NCBI GenBank assembly: GCA_051294905.1
Contig: CM119371.1
Span: 8,930,001 to 8,994,000 of the forward strand
Direction: 5' to 3'
Source of the DNA: Botryllus schlosseri
Lineage: Eukaryota
Length of the DNA stretch: 64,000 nucleotides
Position numbers and translations under genes: made by a program. Positions 26,832-41,185 of this stretch are shown here, one piece after another. Under the pieces are notes generated by a model. That model saw only the letters and a program-made list of their open reading frames with translations, ran no database searches and had not been told where the DNA came from. How positions within the stretch are numbered: the stretch's first letter is position 1; each line of letters opens with the position of its first letter.

Positions 26832-28491
26832 ATTAGAACACGATATATTTCACGTTATGTGACGGGTATTCAGCCATGTGCTTGAAGCTGGTACGGTAGT
26901 CTGACGGAATTCGCTTCCCGGTTTTCAAATGAAACCTTGAGCGGTATAGAACTAACTAGTATGGTTGCTTTAGCAAAATATAAACATAAACTGACAATAG
27001 CTATTGTTAGCAACAAACTACAGCTGGTTATGACGAATAAAACCAACTAAACGACAGTGTATATGGCGGGTTTGAGGAACGCGCGTGTCTGCGAAATGAT
27101 AATACGGCGGATATTTTTGTCACACGGCCTATCACATAGCATTTGATCAGCTTATATGTAACTAATATCAGATATGAAGATACCTGTGGACTTGTAGCTA
27201 TACACTAGCTATTCACATAATAATAATAATTAAACATTAATAATAATGAAACAACTATGCCCGAAGACGGCTAGAATGAAACATACAGAACGTTATCTGA
27301 CAGTGGTCAATGACGTGCGAATTGCCTACACAGTGTAATTTGCAACATTTTTATCTGCAGCGTTTGGTATACGATTTTGACGTCTTCGATATAATAAATA
27401 TCAAATATCAATGAACTTGTACGAACAATATCTATTCATTGAAATGAACAGCAACGACCTAGCACGATTAATATGTAATATATCGTGGTTTCAATTACGC
27501 TGCTCTTCTCTCGTACCGGCATGTCGAAAAATAGACACGCCGGTGCCAAACGGGTGCGTACTATACTTGTAAAATTACGGTAACTCGTTTCGAGATGTGG
27601 GAGTAACGAAGTACTTCTACTTTTCTGGATTACTCAAGTAAAGTTTCCCTACTTGCACTACTCAAGTGATCATGATTAGACTACTTCCACTTCCAACTCA
27701 ATAATTTCCCGACCAATCTACTTACTTCATACAATTGGGATTCTGAAAGAATAAAGTAGTTTAGGCATAATCTATTTCATAGGTAAAGTTACATATCAAC
27801 CACGTACTTTTAGGAAGTAGAAGTAGATTGTTACTGATCATCTCGTTATATGCGCTCAGGAATTGGAGTAGCCTGAGGTGAAAAGCAACAGTGCCTAATC
27901 CAAATATAGTTTTGGAAACCGTTTAGTTAAAATTGAAAATACGCCAGCTTTTGCGCAGTTTCCAATATGCTTTACTGTAAGGGTAAAATCAACCTTCGCC
28001 TAAACATGTGAGACATCGGTACATATCCAGCTTTTCCTTACAACATATATGCCGTGGTGGTCAGTAACAAAGTACATCTACTTGTCGTAATACTTCAGGT
28101 ATATTATTCCTACTTGTACCACGTACTGATGTAGTTATGATTTTGGACTACTTCTACTTAGATTTGGCAATTTTCATTTATAGCCAAAACCTATTTCATT
28201 TTACTTACTTGTATTACGCTACTTTTACATCTACTTGAGTAAAAATTGACGACGTTACTACTTGAGTACCGACGATGACTACTGTAGAATACATAGAATA
28301 TGCATAAGTCGATTATAAAAAGAAATCATACTCCAGAATGAACCTAAAACCGATGTAGTATATGCATTATGGGGAATCGAAGAATTCCAACGAATTACTA
28401 TTGTACTTTAACTCTACGAATAATTATTAAAAATGCTAGATCATCGTAATAATTACGTCATCTCACCTAATCAACCCAATATTGTGTTCAG

Positions 28492-28572
28492 ATAAGCAAG
28501 ATCCTGCTCGATTGCATAGAAGAAGTAAACATCGATTGGTCGTTGATTGAGACTTCATGGGAAAAGTATCAA
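28492..28572 (+). CDS. NLR-like gene, internal exon (ISKILLDCIEEVNIDWSLIETSWEKYQ)
   Basis: gttcAG acceptor, CAA|GTATGA donor, 81 nt, phase 0-0. Confidence 0.6.
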
Positions 28573-28707
28573 GTATGATTCTTCATTCGATTCTCCAAAT
28601 ATTTTTAAACGCATTTATATTCACCTGTAATTTTTCATGACTTCGAGCCCAATCATCTCTTCGGTGGTTATCTTAGAGACTGGGAATACCTGTTTTCCGA
28701 ATTTTAG

Positions 28708-28878
28708 TTGGATTTCCTGGATATTGCCGTGAATGGCCAGATACCCGTCGACGATTACAACCGAATTTTGGAGCGCAGGAGTGCAATTTGTTCTCGTCAT
28801 GTCAATATCCATGCAATGTTTTACGTTGGAAAAGATGAAAAACTCAGGAAAATTTTGGAAGCTTGTCAGCATAAGAAG
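28708..28878 (+). CDS. NLR-like gene, internal exon (LDFLDIAVNGQ...EACQHKK)
   Basis: attttAG acceptor, AAG|GTAGTA donor, 171 nt, phase 0-0. Confidence 0.6.
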
Positions 28879-29159
28879 GTAGTACTTATTATCCGGTATT
28901 GGCTGTATATATTGAGCGTACTTCTCCCGCCATCGCATCTTTATCATTGAATTCTGTCGTACGATTCGAGTCTACTTCACATGAATTAACTGATATTCCT
29001 TGCCCGAGATATCCAGCGCAGTTGCGGAGTTCGTGATTCCTGGTAATAAGTTTATCTAAAGTACATTGTAACACATCATCACCCCTGGTGAAAGGCCCGA
29101 CAATAGCGGTAAGCATCTTTATAATACACAATATTCATAAAAATAATTTCTCACTTAAG

Positions 29160-29381
29160 ATCGAATATATCAGATGCATATTATATGGTACTCCTTCACT
29201 CGATCAAATTTCGTCCCTCCTCAACAACTCTAATTTGAAGAAAGTAACATGGATATACGAGGATGGAGATTACATGATAGCTGGAAGTAAATTGAAGAAA
29301 GTCGAGAAGATGGCGAGAGATAATGATACTGAATTGGAAATTTTATATAGTGAGTCGTTGTATGGTTGCATCGTACATTAG
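29160..29381 (+). CDS. NLR-like gene, last clearly supported exon (IEYIRCILYG...ELEILY); ends at donor 29350 or stop 29381
   Basis: cttaAG acceptor in frame with ORF 29088. There is an internal A|GTGAGT donor at 29350 (phase 1); otherwise the frame reads through to TAG. Confidence 0.55.
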   Translation: MEYIRCILYGTPSLDQISSLLNNSNLKKVTWIYEDGDYMIAGSKLKKVEKMARDNDTELEILYSESLYGCIVH

Positions 29382-29575
29382 GTATATTGTGATAGGTATG
29401 TTAAATATGCGCGATCAATTTCCATGAAATGGTCATTTCACGTAACGGGCCAATATGTTACTAACGAAGCTAGAAATACTGTAGTTATAGTTCCATGGAT
29501 GACGTAACGTCGTGTCCACGATTAACCGAGATCGAACGCTATTTGTGAATTTTATTTTGATTCGATATCCTATAC

Positions 29576-30605
29576 GAGGGGGGGGGGCAATTACTTTCCT
29601 ACGCGGGACAAATGAGAAGTAGAACATACGTTGGCGGGCCGAGTGAAATTTTTTTGAGATATTCTCCAATTACTTTAATTTTATTTCTAAATTACATTCT
29701 TAATACATGCTGTTCAGTAGATGTGTTGATGTTAAGTAATGAGAAAGTGCCGGTTAATTAGAAAATATATATTTGCCGTCATGATTCGAAACAATGTTAA
29801 ACATGATACATGATACATTTTACCTCTCTTTAAGCCCCTACACACGCTTATCCATTAAGACTCTGAAAAAGTGGTTCTCTTACTTTTGGCACGCCTCTCT
29901 TTATGATAGTGACAAATCACAAAATATGAAAAATTGCAACCAGAATGCTTGCAATCACAACGGATAGTTTGATGGCATTGAAGATTATGGCTGTTGATGA
30001 GAGAATTCTCAAGCATCAAAGTTCGACAATACACAAAGCAAAAAGTACAGGCGGGGTGAAATGGCGCGGAGCGCGAAAAAAATTGAACTTCGGCTTCGCG
30101 CCTCCATTCTGAAGCTTTCGCGCCCCTATTTGGAGAAATGTATGACACGAAATGTTATTATGAAATGCTCATCATTTACTAAAAAGACGGGATTCGCGAG
30201 CATTGATTGACTTGTATAGCAAATTAGGGATTTGGAAACGTACCACGTTAATATTTGATACACAAATCGTATCATGCGTAAGGTGGCAATGACAACAGAA
30301 AAGGTTTGAACCAAACCCTATGGAGTGGGTTAGTCCATGTGACTTTTATTGCTACTAATACCTTGCCACATTGCCTTTATTTTGAATCTGGATTACGCAT
30401 TCGAGGTGTGTAGGCAGCGTCATCGTGGCATATTAATGAACAGGATTCAAAGTAAACAAATTTCCTTTTCAGTTGATACAGCCTAGGGTTTTAGTCATTC
30501 AAAAAGCAACTTTTATGTTTTGAATTCAAAGTAACCTTTCGCGGGCCGCACAAAATAGCTTCGCGGGCCGGATTTGGCCCGTGGGCCGCACTTTGCCCAG
30601 GTCTG
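29576..30605. mobile_element. Old Charlie-type MITE
   Basis: Right end GCGGGCCG repeats ...TTTGCCCAGGTCTG; degenerate left end; TSD tcctatac/ttctataa. Confidence 0.5.
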
Positions 30606-31550
30606 TTCTATAACTAATACAATTAATTGCTGTACGAAAATCAGGCATGATTTCACATACGTTGCTGATTGTGAACTTGTTTATCAGTTCTATCAATATC
30701 GAAGCAAGGTGTCGTTGAAGTGCGTGAAAAAACTATTTTTCACTTGACAGTATCAAGTATGCAAAATTAGTATATCACCAATAAAATTGTTGACGTATTG
30801 AGTACTACAGAAAAGCTGAATTACTTGGTTCGTTACTTGTGAACCCCTTTCATATACTTATATGAGTTTTGGACAAAATTCAATACTTTATGCAGCTTAT
30901 TTGCGACATCTGATGGCCATTTAGACTCTGATTACAAGTATCAATTTCCTAGAAATTTCAAAATTTCTTCAAGTGGTGCAGAGTGTAATAGTCAGAAATG
31001 TACTCAAGTAACTAGTTTCAAAAAGTAGATTTGGTCGCAGCACCGCATAATCTTAGCAGCTTAATAGAAGATATTAACTTTCTAGTGGGCAAGATATATC
31101 TTCGCGGCTTATACAGAATGACTAATAGCACTGCAAGTGAGCGGAATCTCCGAAATATATTCATTCAGTTACCGTGATACATGTGATATTTGACGCTGCT
31201 CCTATAAAAATTTCACTGAAAACTATAACGAAGACTCATTCTTAAACTACTTGATACTTTTCAAAATCAATATTGTATAAAGTAATTCGTTTTGTCTAAC
31301 AACTGTTACGAAAAGTAGTAATGGAAGTAGTCTGAAATGGTAACCATTTAACCGAGCGATACAAGTAGGCAGCACTACTCGAGTAGTCTGATAAAGTACA
31401 GTTTGTTCGTTTCTGACCACTTCTCTGAATGACCTGCGGTTTTCTGTCATATAACATCCAGCTTATTATATAGGCGTGGATAAGTATCTTTTTATTATCG
31501 TGTAGTACCGTCATTAGCATGTGTATTCCTGGAATTCACGTTGATGTACG

Positions 31551-31779
31551 TTTGTTTTGTAGTATTCATGGCGTTTGTCGACTACTATGGTCATTTACAC
31601 CAGGCTGATATTCTTCATTTTTATTCCGTAACTGCCGACTTATAGTCGGTCAACTTCTAGGCTCTTTTGTAAGACACCGCTTACGCGGTTGAGTTGGCGA
31701 GGAGGAGCGTAGATAAACCCCTAACACTTAGGTGTAGGAACTCGGAAGTCGGGGATTCTACCACTGCGCTATCTCGCCA
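31551..31779 (-). mobile_element. tRNA-derived SINE (family B), internally deleted
   Basis: Reverse complement of family B, lacking the anticodon/B-box segment; TSD CACGTTGATGTACGTT. Confidence 0.85.
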
Positions 31780-33764
31780 CGTTGATGTACGTTGTGCATT
31801 ATTTAAGGAGATATGAATTATAATCAGCAACATTACAACGATTCTGAAATCGTTTTGATCAACCTAATCAAGTACTATAATTTTGAAAACAGCATTCGGA
31901 ATTACTTTGTTCGATTTACCTTTGATGTTAAAACGAATATGCGGTTCATATTCGTTTTGGAAAAGTATCTCACATAACGTTGAACCGGTTGAAACATTCA
32001 TTTAATATAGATTTTGGTGACTTAGATCGATTTGACAATACGCAAATAACTAGATGCATATTGTAGCAATGTTTTTCAAACAGATCAAATTTATTTTTCT
32101 CATTCGCAGATCTAATTGGATTAGATATACGTAATATGCATTTTACCATCGTGGACATCATGTTGTATAACTCATTACAAGGGCTCTACGCTCTGTTGTC
32201 TGAAATGTAAGTTGATAGAGAGAAAGAGAGAGAGAGGGAAAACCTTTATTCGTATACATTACATATGAATATTACAGTATAAAAATTGTACCAGTAAAAT
32301 GCCACATGCAAGGTAGACTGGAGGCTCGATATGACAAAGTCTTCAGAGATAGTGAAAAACATTTTGACACCAGCAATTTTCCACGAAAGCCACCATTTTG
32401 GAACGGAAACTAGAACAAATAATACCAAGATATTTACTACTCCACTTCATACATCTCTATGGTATCGAGGTCACGCGTCATCTCTTCTGCCCGACTTTTG
32501 ATCCGATATTGATTTATGATTTATCCTAAGATGAATTTGCATCAGTAGTTTGACAAATAATTTCTCATTGCTTTCCGTAGTCATACGACTTTTTGATCAA
32601 GTTTCAGCCGTTACCGGATTGGATGATGGACGTGGACACGACACAAAAGCACATGGGGATTTGTATAGTAGATAAACGCAGACCGTACGCCTACTTAGAA
32701 TAACGAAACCGCCGTGTATTGTACGACACGATTCATTTCTATTTTTAATTATTTCCACTCGCTTCAAGCCCGATGACAGTTTTAGATATTACGCAATATT
32801 TTCAGCAACAGAGCACAATTCATAGGATGCATACATCTTTTACTAACAAGTATCTTATACTTGGTAAAAAAAATTCTCATTTCAGTTGACCGAGGAGAAG
32901 ATGCCTGGCAGGAAATCGACTTCGAATTTGTTCGGAGGTTAGTATAGATGTTGCGAAGTTTGACCATTTGAAAATGAGGGTTGAGATTCATCCTTCCATT
33001 TCATCGTCGTTCCATTCTCATAAACATCTCGTTTCAAACAACAGCCTAGAAATATTGTGACGGGATCTGTATATCAATTGAATCATTAAAAAATATTATT
33101 TATGGAACGATGACACGCGGTGCATCACACGTAGCTCTGTTGAAAACTAGACGTTATTTATTCTGCAAGAATATAATAGCACTGTCATGCATCATTTTAG
33201 ATCAAATCACTACAAACATGTTACGTTACTCATAGTTTTGCAGAAAAACTGAAATTGTTTGGTAGAAATGAAAGTAGTCTGTATTAATACCTGCTTCACT
33301 AAATAGGGAGAGTTGGTAAAACTTTCTTTTATACTTCGAAAAAGTAGACCTAGTTTGTTACTGACCACCTGTGCCAATATATAATAAAAAAAGGTAGATC
33401 TTCGGCCGGAATGCGTCACTTCACAGTTTGATTACTTTCCGCATTCAGAGGACGTCAATTTCTTTTTTTTTTTAAATGGATTATAAAAATTGAGATTGGA
33501 TGAGATACCTGCAGCATAAATACGTTGATACGACGGATGTCCTACAATAATCTGTCCGAATTGTTTAGCAGCTGGACATGATAAAATATAGTTGCTGGTC
33601 GAAATTTGGAGTCGCATAATTTTTAAAATCTATCGGAATAGTCAATGATTCAACTACTACAGAATTATGTCGCGAGATGGCGCAGTGGTATAATCCACGG
33701 CTGCAACACCAATGGGTGCGGGTTCGAGTTCGACCGAGGTCGACTTCAGAATTCCAGTACCTAA

Positions 33765-34858
<1,094 letters not shown>

Positions 34859-35376
34859 GTACCTAAGTGTTGGAGGTTTATCTAGGCCCTTCCTCGTCCT
34901 CTCATCCGCATATGCAATGTCTTAAAAAAAGCGTAGAAGCCGTGCTAAAAGTCGGCAGTTACTGGAAAATAATGAAGAATATTGGTCTGGTGTAAATGAC
35001 CATAGTAGTAGACCATGAACACAAAACCCGTACAGAAGTTGGAGTGATCCCGTCAAGTTGCTGGAATTATAATTAAAGCTGCTTAGTAATTTCTATATAA
35101 AATAAGATTATAATAATATCTACGCAGTTTTTTTTTTATAGTACAGTAGAATTGGAATTATAGCAATACAAGTATTTTAACGTTAGATAAAAATATATTT
35201 ATAGCTACGTGGCTTTTATCCGAATTAGATTACAACTAGAATTACTATATTTGCGAAAACTCGGATATTGAATCAAGTTCCGCTAATATCAAATCATTGT
35301 CCAATATTATGACCATGTTAATAGCAAATGTCTTTACAAAAAGCTTTGCTGGTTTTTTTCTATACTGTTCTCTCAG

Positions 35377-35660
35377 GTGGCGAGATAGCGCAGTGGTATA
35401 TTCAACGGCTGCAACACCAATGGGTTGCTGGTTCCAGTCCGACCGAGGTTGAGTTCAGAATTCCAATATCTAAGTGTTGAGGGTTTATCTGTGCTCCTCC
35501 TCAGTCCTCACCACATCATCCGTGCAAGTGAGGTGTTACAAAAGCCTAGAAGTGGGCCGTGCTATAAGTCGGCAGTTACGGAATAAAAATGAAGAATATA
35601 GGCCTGGTGTAAATGACCATAGTAGCCGACAAACACCATGAATACCACAAAAGCAAACAA
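35377..35660 (+). mobile_element. SINE family B
   Basis: tRNA-like head, CAAA tail, TSD AC(T/A)GTTCTCTCAG. Confidence 0.9.
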
Positions 35661-36615
35661 ACAGTTCTCTCAGTAGCATCTACAGGAAAACGAGAAATGA
35701 GATTAGTTTCAAAATAAGAGTATAGCAAAATTTCGCAAATTAGATTATAATTAATATTAGAGCAAAGAATCACTTCACAGATTAGATTCGAATTAGATTA
35801 CAGGCACTTTGCTCTAAAATAACCAGAATTATTTACTAGAATTATCTAATTATCCATGTGTGATAGCAGTACGCTTCTCGTCACCTATTTCAGGCTACAT
35901 TGACGAAGAAACGCTAGTCGGCATTTTTATGACGATTCCACTCATACAGATGATCGTAGTGACGTTTAATAGATACTTTCTTTCAAACAAGCTGTTTAGC
36001 TAATTTTTGATGTGTCATTGGTACTCGTAACTAAAATGCAATTTCCCTGAACAAAATGTAAACTGTCAACAAAGCCCTCTAGCAAGTACACCATCCAAGC
36101 CAATACCACTCCAAAGCTTCGATGTGTTGCCGACAAGTATTAAATCCAATTAAATGTGTGTGCTGAATTTATACGTGACCGTTACTTTTTTCTCAAAAAA
36201 AAATGGTTGAAAATCGTCTTGCTAAAAGTAGAATACCAGAAGTTGGCGCCACGTCAGAACCTACCCAAGCTAATCGTATTGAATGATGCAAGCGTCTGGC
36301 TTTCAATTTCAATTTCAAATTTCAATCTGATGCATGACGGATAAATAATGTGGGAATGCAGGAAACTGCTCGAAAATCATATTATATTTATCTACATTCA
36401 TTTACATGCACACTCACATTGACATTGGATGGATATGATATACTATTAGATGAAATCCTAACAATTCATACGACTATCACTGCCGATCTACTGACAAAGT
36501 AATTTTGATTTTTACACATGTCCATGTCAATGTCCACGTTCATGCCCAATATCCAAATAGTTTGCAGAGGTCATCAGTTAATTCGGATATTTATTTCAAG
36601 TTATTTGTATTTCAG

Positions 36616-36730
36616 AGACTATTATGCTAGAGGAAACGAAGATACCGGCAACGATACCAACACGGACAACGATACCGACACCGACAACAATACCGACACC
36701 GATTACGATACGGACTCCGATATCGACTAA
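36616..36730 (+). CDS. Possible terminal exon with Asp/Thr-rich low-complexity tail
   Basis: tttcAG acceptor, then DYYARGNEDTGNDTNTDNDTDTDNNTDTDYDTDSDID*. Linkage to the NLR gene is not established because the phase does not match donor 29350. Confidence 0.3.
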
Positions 36731-38205
36731 GCCGATAACTTATAAGAGTAAACAATTTCTCATCAACTAAATTGAGGTGTGAGGAGCAGAATGACTGGGT
36801 TGCTTTTCATTATTGAGCCGACTATTTCGTGCTCAGTTTATGCAATTAACACGTGGTCGATTATATTTATATTCTGCATTTTACGATTATGTAACCAAAA
36901 AGAGTTGCGCGAAGATTCGCAACTCGAGCGAAACAATGGTCATATCAGAAGCGTTATTTCTATTCTCTCGGTCGAATGATTTACGGCGTAAATTACTGAT
37001 TGATTGGATTTGAACCTAAAGTTGTTTCACTAGCGTATAGTTGAAGCCGCCACCACGTAGAATGGTTTGTTATTGTCATGATTGATACGCAAGTTGGAAT
37101 GGAGTAACTGGAATTCCAAATGGATATCACTGTATTATATGATGAGTTGTTGTCGTATTGTATATTTCGTTGTAGCAACCAAAGTTCTGTTTCTGAATCA
37201 TCAGTTAGGAAAATATTAAATATTAAGTCGGCTTGAAATTATCTCTCAAATCTACAATGTTGTCCAAATTGTTAAGGTAAGTATACATTTCATATGAACC
37301 TTAACCCTGGTTGTTTAACGCAGGTATATGTGTATAGAAATCAAAATATCGATATGTGTTAGTGATCATGTGATTTTATAGCTTACCAATAATTGAATAT
37401 AATGTAAAGTACCAAAAAAAACATAAATAACCAAAAATAAAATAAAAATGTTTTAATAATAATAGATTATCATTAGATCTTAGATGTATGCTACTGTGTG
37501 TAGTATCTTTAACATATTGGGTGATGAATTCCGATGGGAACTAAATACATAAGAAAAAATATATAAATTCAAAAGAAAATGTGCTTAGTGTATGAAATGC
37601 ATAGTAATATAAATTATGTTTGATTCTCAACGTTTCGTCATCATCTTGTGATTGCTTTCCATATCTTTGGTACAGTTGACGCCAGGATAATGTTAAATAT
37701 TGATCTTACTGTGTTCATAATTTCCAATGCAAAGATATATGACGGCGAATTTTCATCAAAAACGTTGATATCATTATGTTGTAGAATGGCGGTCGCTGTA
37801 CTTCAAGACAACGATTTCATATGCTTCTGTTTTCATGTTCACGTTTTCTGCTTCCATGGTAATTCTAAATGCCCAGTCCATATTATAATCGGCTTATCCC
37901 CCTTCGTGAGAAGTTTTATTATTGCTATTTAAATACTAAATTCTCAATGACCTAAATATACTCAAGGTAACCGATAAGGAGGCAAATTACACATGTATAA
38001 CAATCGGATTTTCTGCTGATTGTATGAATGTGGTTTCTTATTCACTTGTTACCGAAACATTATGATTCACTCCTTTACAGTCTATCAATTGTTGTCGGGG
38101 ACAGTATTTTACATTATTTGTTGTGATTGATGAGGAATTACACTAGGATTATCCACAACCGATAATATTGTCAATGACTACTAAATACCGTCACCTTAGA
38201 CTTCG

Positions 38206-38778
38206 CAGGGTTGTAATGACTCAGTCATTACTCGACTCGAGTCCGGCTAGAGTCACGATAAACTGATTACTTGACTTCTTTCGAGTCATTTATTCAAACT
38301 ACGGAAATGACTCGACTCGAGTCAATTTGTGTATTGGCTCAACTTGGATTCAAGTCATTGCGAATGACTCGAACCAAGTCATGTGACACGAGACTCAGAC
38401 GGCCAAGACCGACATTTCCTTGTAATTTCAAAGAATAGTAAAGTAACCGCACGATTGGAATTTCGTCTATTGGTACTGGTACTTAAAAATGCGACCAGAG
38501 ACTGCTAAAAGCGAACAAAATTAGTCTATTATAAATGCGAACCATTCGATATCACCAAACAGAGTTATAAAAAGTGGGTTTAACAAGACTTTACCTGGAA
38601 ACTTAGAAATCAACACAATGAGTTGGAATCGGACTCTGGTCATAATTCCATGACCCGGATTCGATCATCTGCTTGCTGACTTGGACTAGGACTTGAGTCG
38701 GTGACGAACTGAAAATGGCCCGACTTGACTTGAGTAATCACTCGACTTGACTAGCCTTGTGAGTTGGTTAAAACCCTG
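38206..38778. mobile_element. hAT-type MITE with GACTCGAGTC repeats
   Basis: CAGGGTT...AACCCTG; TSD agacttcg/agacttag. Confidence 0.8.
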
Positions 38779-40678
38779 AGACTTAGACTGTAGTGACTGG
38801 AATTTTGATAATTTTATGTTGTTCATTTACTGCATTTCCATGTTATGAATGTATAGAATTAGTTTGTAATAAACGCAATTAGTCATTTGAGTCTTACATT
38901 TTCGTTGCAATATCGGAATATGAGGAGACTTAATCAATAAAAAATTTTATGCGACTGCTTAGAAAGCGACAAGAGGTTGCGATTGCGTAGCAATCAGGAG
39001 AACATGCTACCAGTGGTTCTCAACCGGGGTCCGCGGACCTCTAAGGGTTCTCGAAGCATTTCCAGGGGGCCACGAAACCTCTAAATCAATAAAAAATTAT
39101 TCATAACCCTATTTTTATTAATAGCGAAATCACGATGCACTTTCGTTTCATACCCGTTGGAACTTGACTCCCATTAACAGCATGGCCGTCTGAGATGAAA
39201 TATCCTACTAGGCAAACGCATATTAATTGTCAACGTCCCAATAGCGTACTGATACGAACATATTATTGTTGATGGGTGTTTTGATGGTGTTCGTGCTAGA
39301 AATAGGAAGTTGCAGTAGTAAGGTCAATCAGGGGGACTTAGAAAAGGTCTGCTGATCATCTTGGATTCGAAGTCGTCAGTCTCAGTTAATATAATTTTGG
39401 TAGCGGGTTGGCGTGGCTCCGTTCACACCGCATTGTTGCTCTTCGCCTATATGAAATATTTCACCACATTATACATGCCTCATCAGTCATCATAACGTTT
39501 CAAACTTATGTTTCGCAATCTAGCATTTACTTATCATATCTAATCTAGCAGTCCATGGCGTGTCCTAATATGTAAAAGTGGTCTCTGACTGCGTTTTTGG
39601 TTTTAGAGCTGATTTAGCATACCACCTTTGAAACTTTCTGGACAAAAATCATGAAATACATTTTCCGCTTTTAAAAGTAATATTTAGATTTCAATTCTCG
39701 TTGTCTTGTCCTTTAAGTTTTAATTAGAATCTGTTCTTTTGTCTGGATAACATACATGTTGCAGCACAACAGCAAGTGTAGTAATGCCTGTAATTACCAG
39801 AAATAAACCTTCATAATATGGCATTTTCACGATCCCACCTATTTTGTTGTTACCGTTTACAAATCGTGCAAAGTGTTTATACCGTATCCTATACAACTTC
39901 TTCGTATTGCTCTTCGACTGAACTACGGTTCTTATAATATTGGGCAGTACGATTAAATACCTTGATATTTTCTAAAACGTGATGTTCGAGTTGACAGAGG
40001 ATTAGTATCGCATTCCCATACCAATGCTATCATTTCATTCCATGATGCGGGCGACTGCTTATGCTGTCGAAAATTGGATACCTGCAGGTATGCATCAATA
40101 TAAATCAAACTCTGCACATTTCGCAGATCTCAATGATCGTTTTCACATCTACTTACTTACTTCAGTAGATTTAAAGTCAGTCATTTCTACTTATACCTCA
40201 AGTAGTTTCAGGTTACTTATGGAAAAAGGCACTTCTACTCGTACTTGAGTATATTTTTGTTGCTACTTCTACTTGAGTAGCTGTCTTGACTATTTTGACC
40301 ACATCTGGTTACTAGTGACGTCAGATGTCATCCAGAGGTAGGTTAAATAAATAAGTGCCAATGTTGATAGCCACGAAATATTGCTCGCCGAGTGAGACAC
40401 CATCTGCATGGGGATACCATGTTTTCGGTTATGTCCTTAGGATGAGGATAGGGAATTGTAAAGTATCTGTCCTTATTATTATAGTATTTCTATTATGAAC
40501 GGTAGTAGAGGCCAGGGTTGGTACTTCTGGATCGAATTTGAAATCCCGGGAACGGGATTTCCCAGGATTTGCTCTTCTCAATGTCGTGATTTCCCGGTAT
40601 TAGAAAACTAGTAAAACACACATACCAGTTACACAAAAAACATTTATTCCTTCCCATCACGAGTTTCATCGTTTAGAC

Positions 40679-41185
40679 CAGGGGTCTCAAAGTAATATTT
40701 GATTGCGGGCCTATATCGTATAGTTTCTGTAGACGAGGCGGAATGCTGCATCAAATATAGGGGCATAATATGTATTTCTGAGTATGCCGTATTTGAAGTA
40801 CCTTGCAGACTGGCATTCTATACACATTTTGAAAATGTGATTCACTTTTGTATAGGCTATTCACGTTTGGCACGAAAGAGCTTTTTTAAAATATTGTTGT
40901 CTTGGCGTAATTTGGCGAAATAATGAGTTATAGACAGTTAGACACCATGCTAGACGACAATTGAATCATGTCATCGTGAAAGCTGTCGAATTATAATATA
41001 GCAGCTAGTGGACATTTCACATGTGATGGCGATTCAGGTTTTTGGAGTGATTTTTGAGTGAATTTTAAGTTCTCAAATCCGAACTAAGAAATTTCCCAGT
41101 TAAATATTGTCGAATACTCCAAAAGTCAAAATGCCGATGGGGGCTGCGAAAAATGTTCTCGCGGGCCGCGTGTTTGAGACCACTG
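40679..41185. mobile_element. Charlie-type MITE
   Basis: CAGGGGTCTCAAA...TTTGAGACCACTG; TSD gtttagac/ttttagac. Confidence 0.8.

Larger units (their letters stand above)
23815..27580. mobile_element. Tc1/mariner (Tc2-like) non-autonomous element hosting nested MITEs
   Basis: GGGTGCGTA.TATAC motifs at ~23861 and ~27552; right end AAAATTACGG|TA; left end degenerate. Confidence 0.45.
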
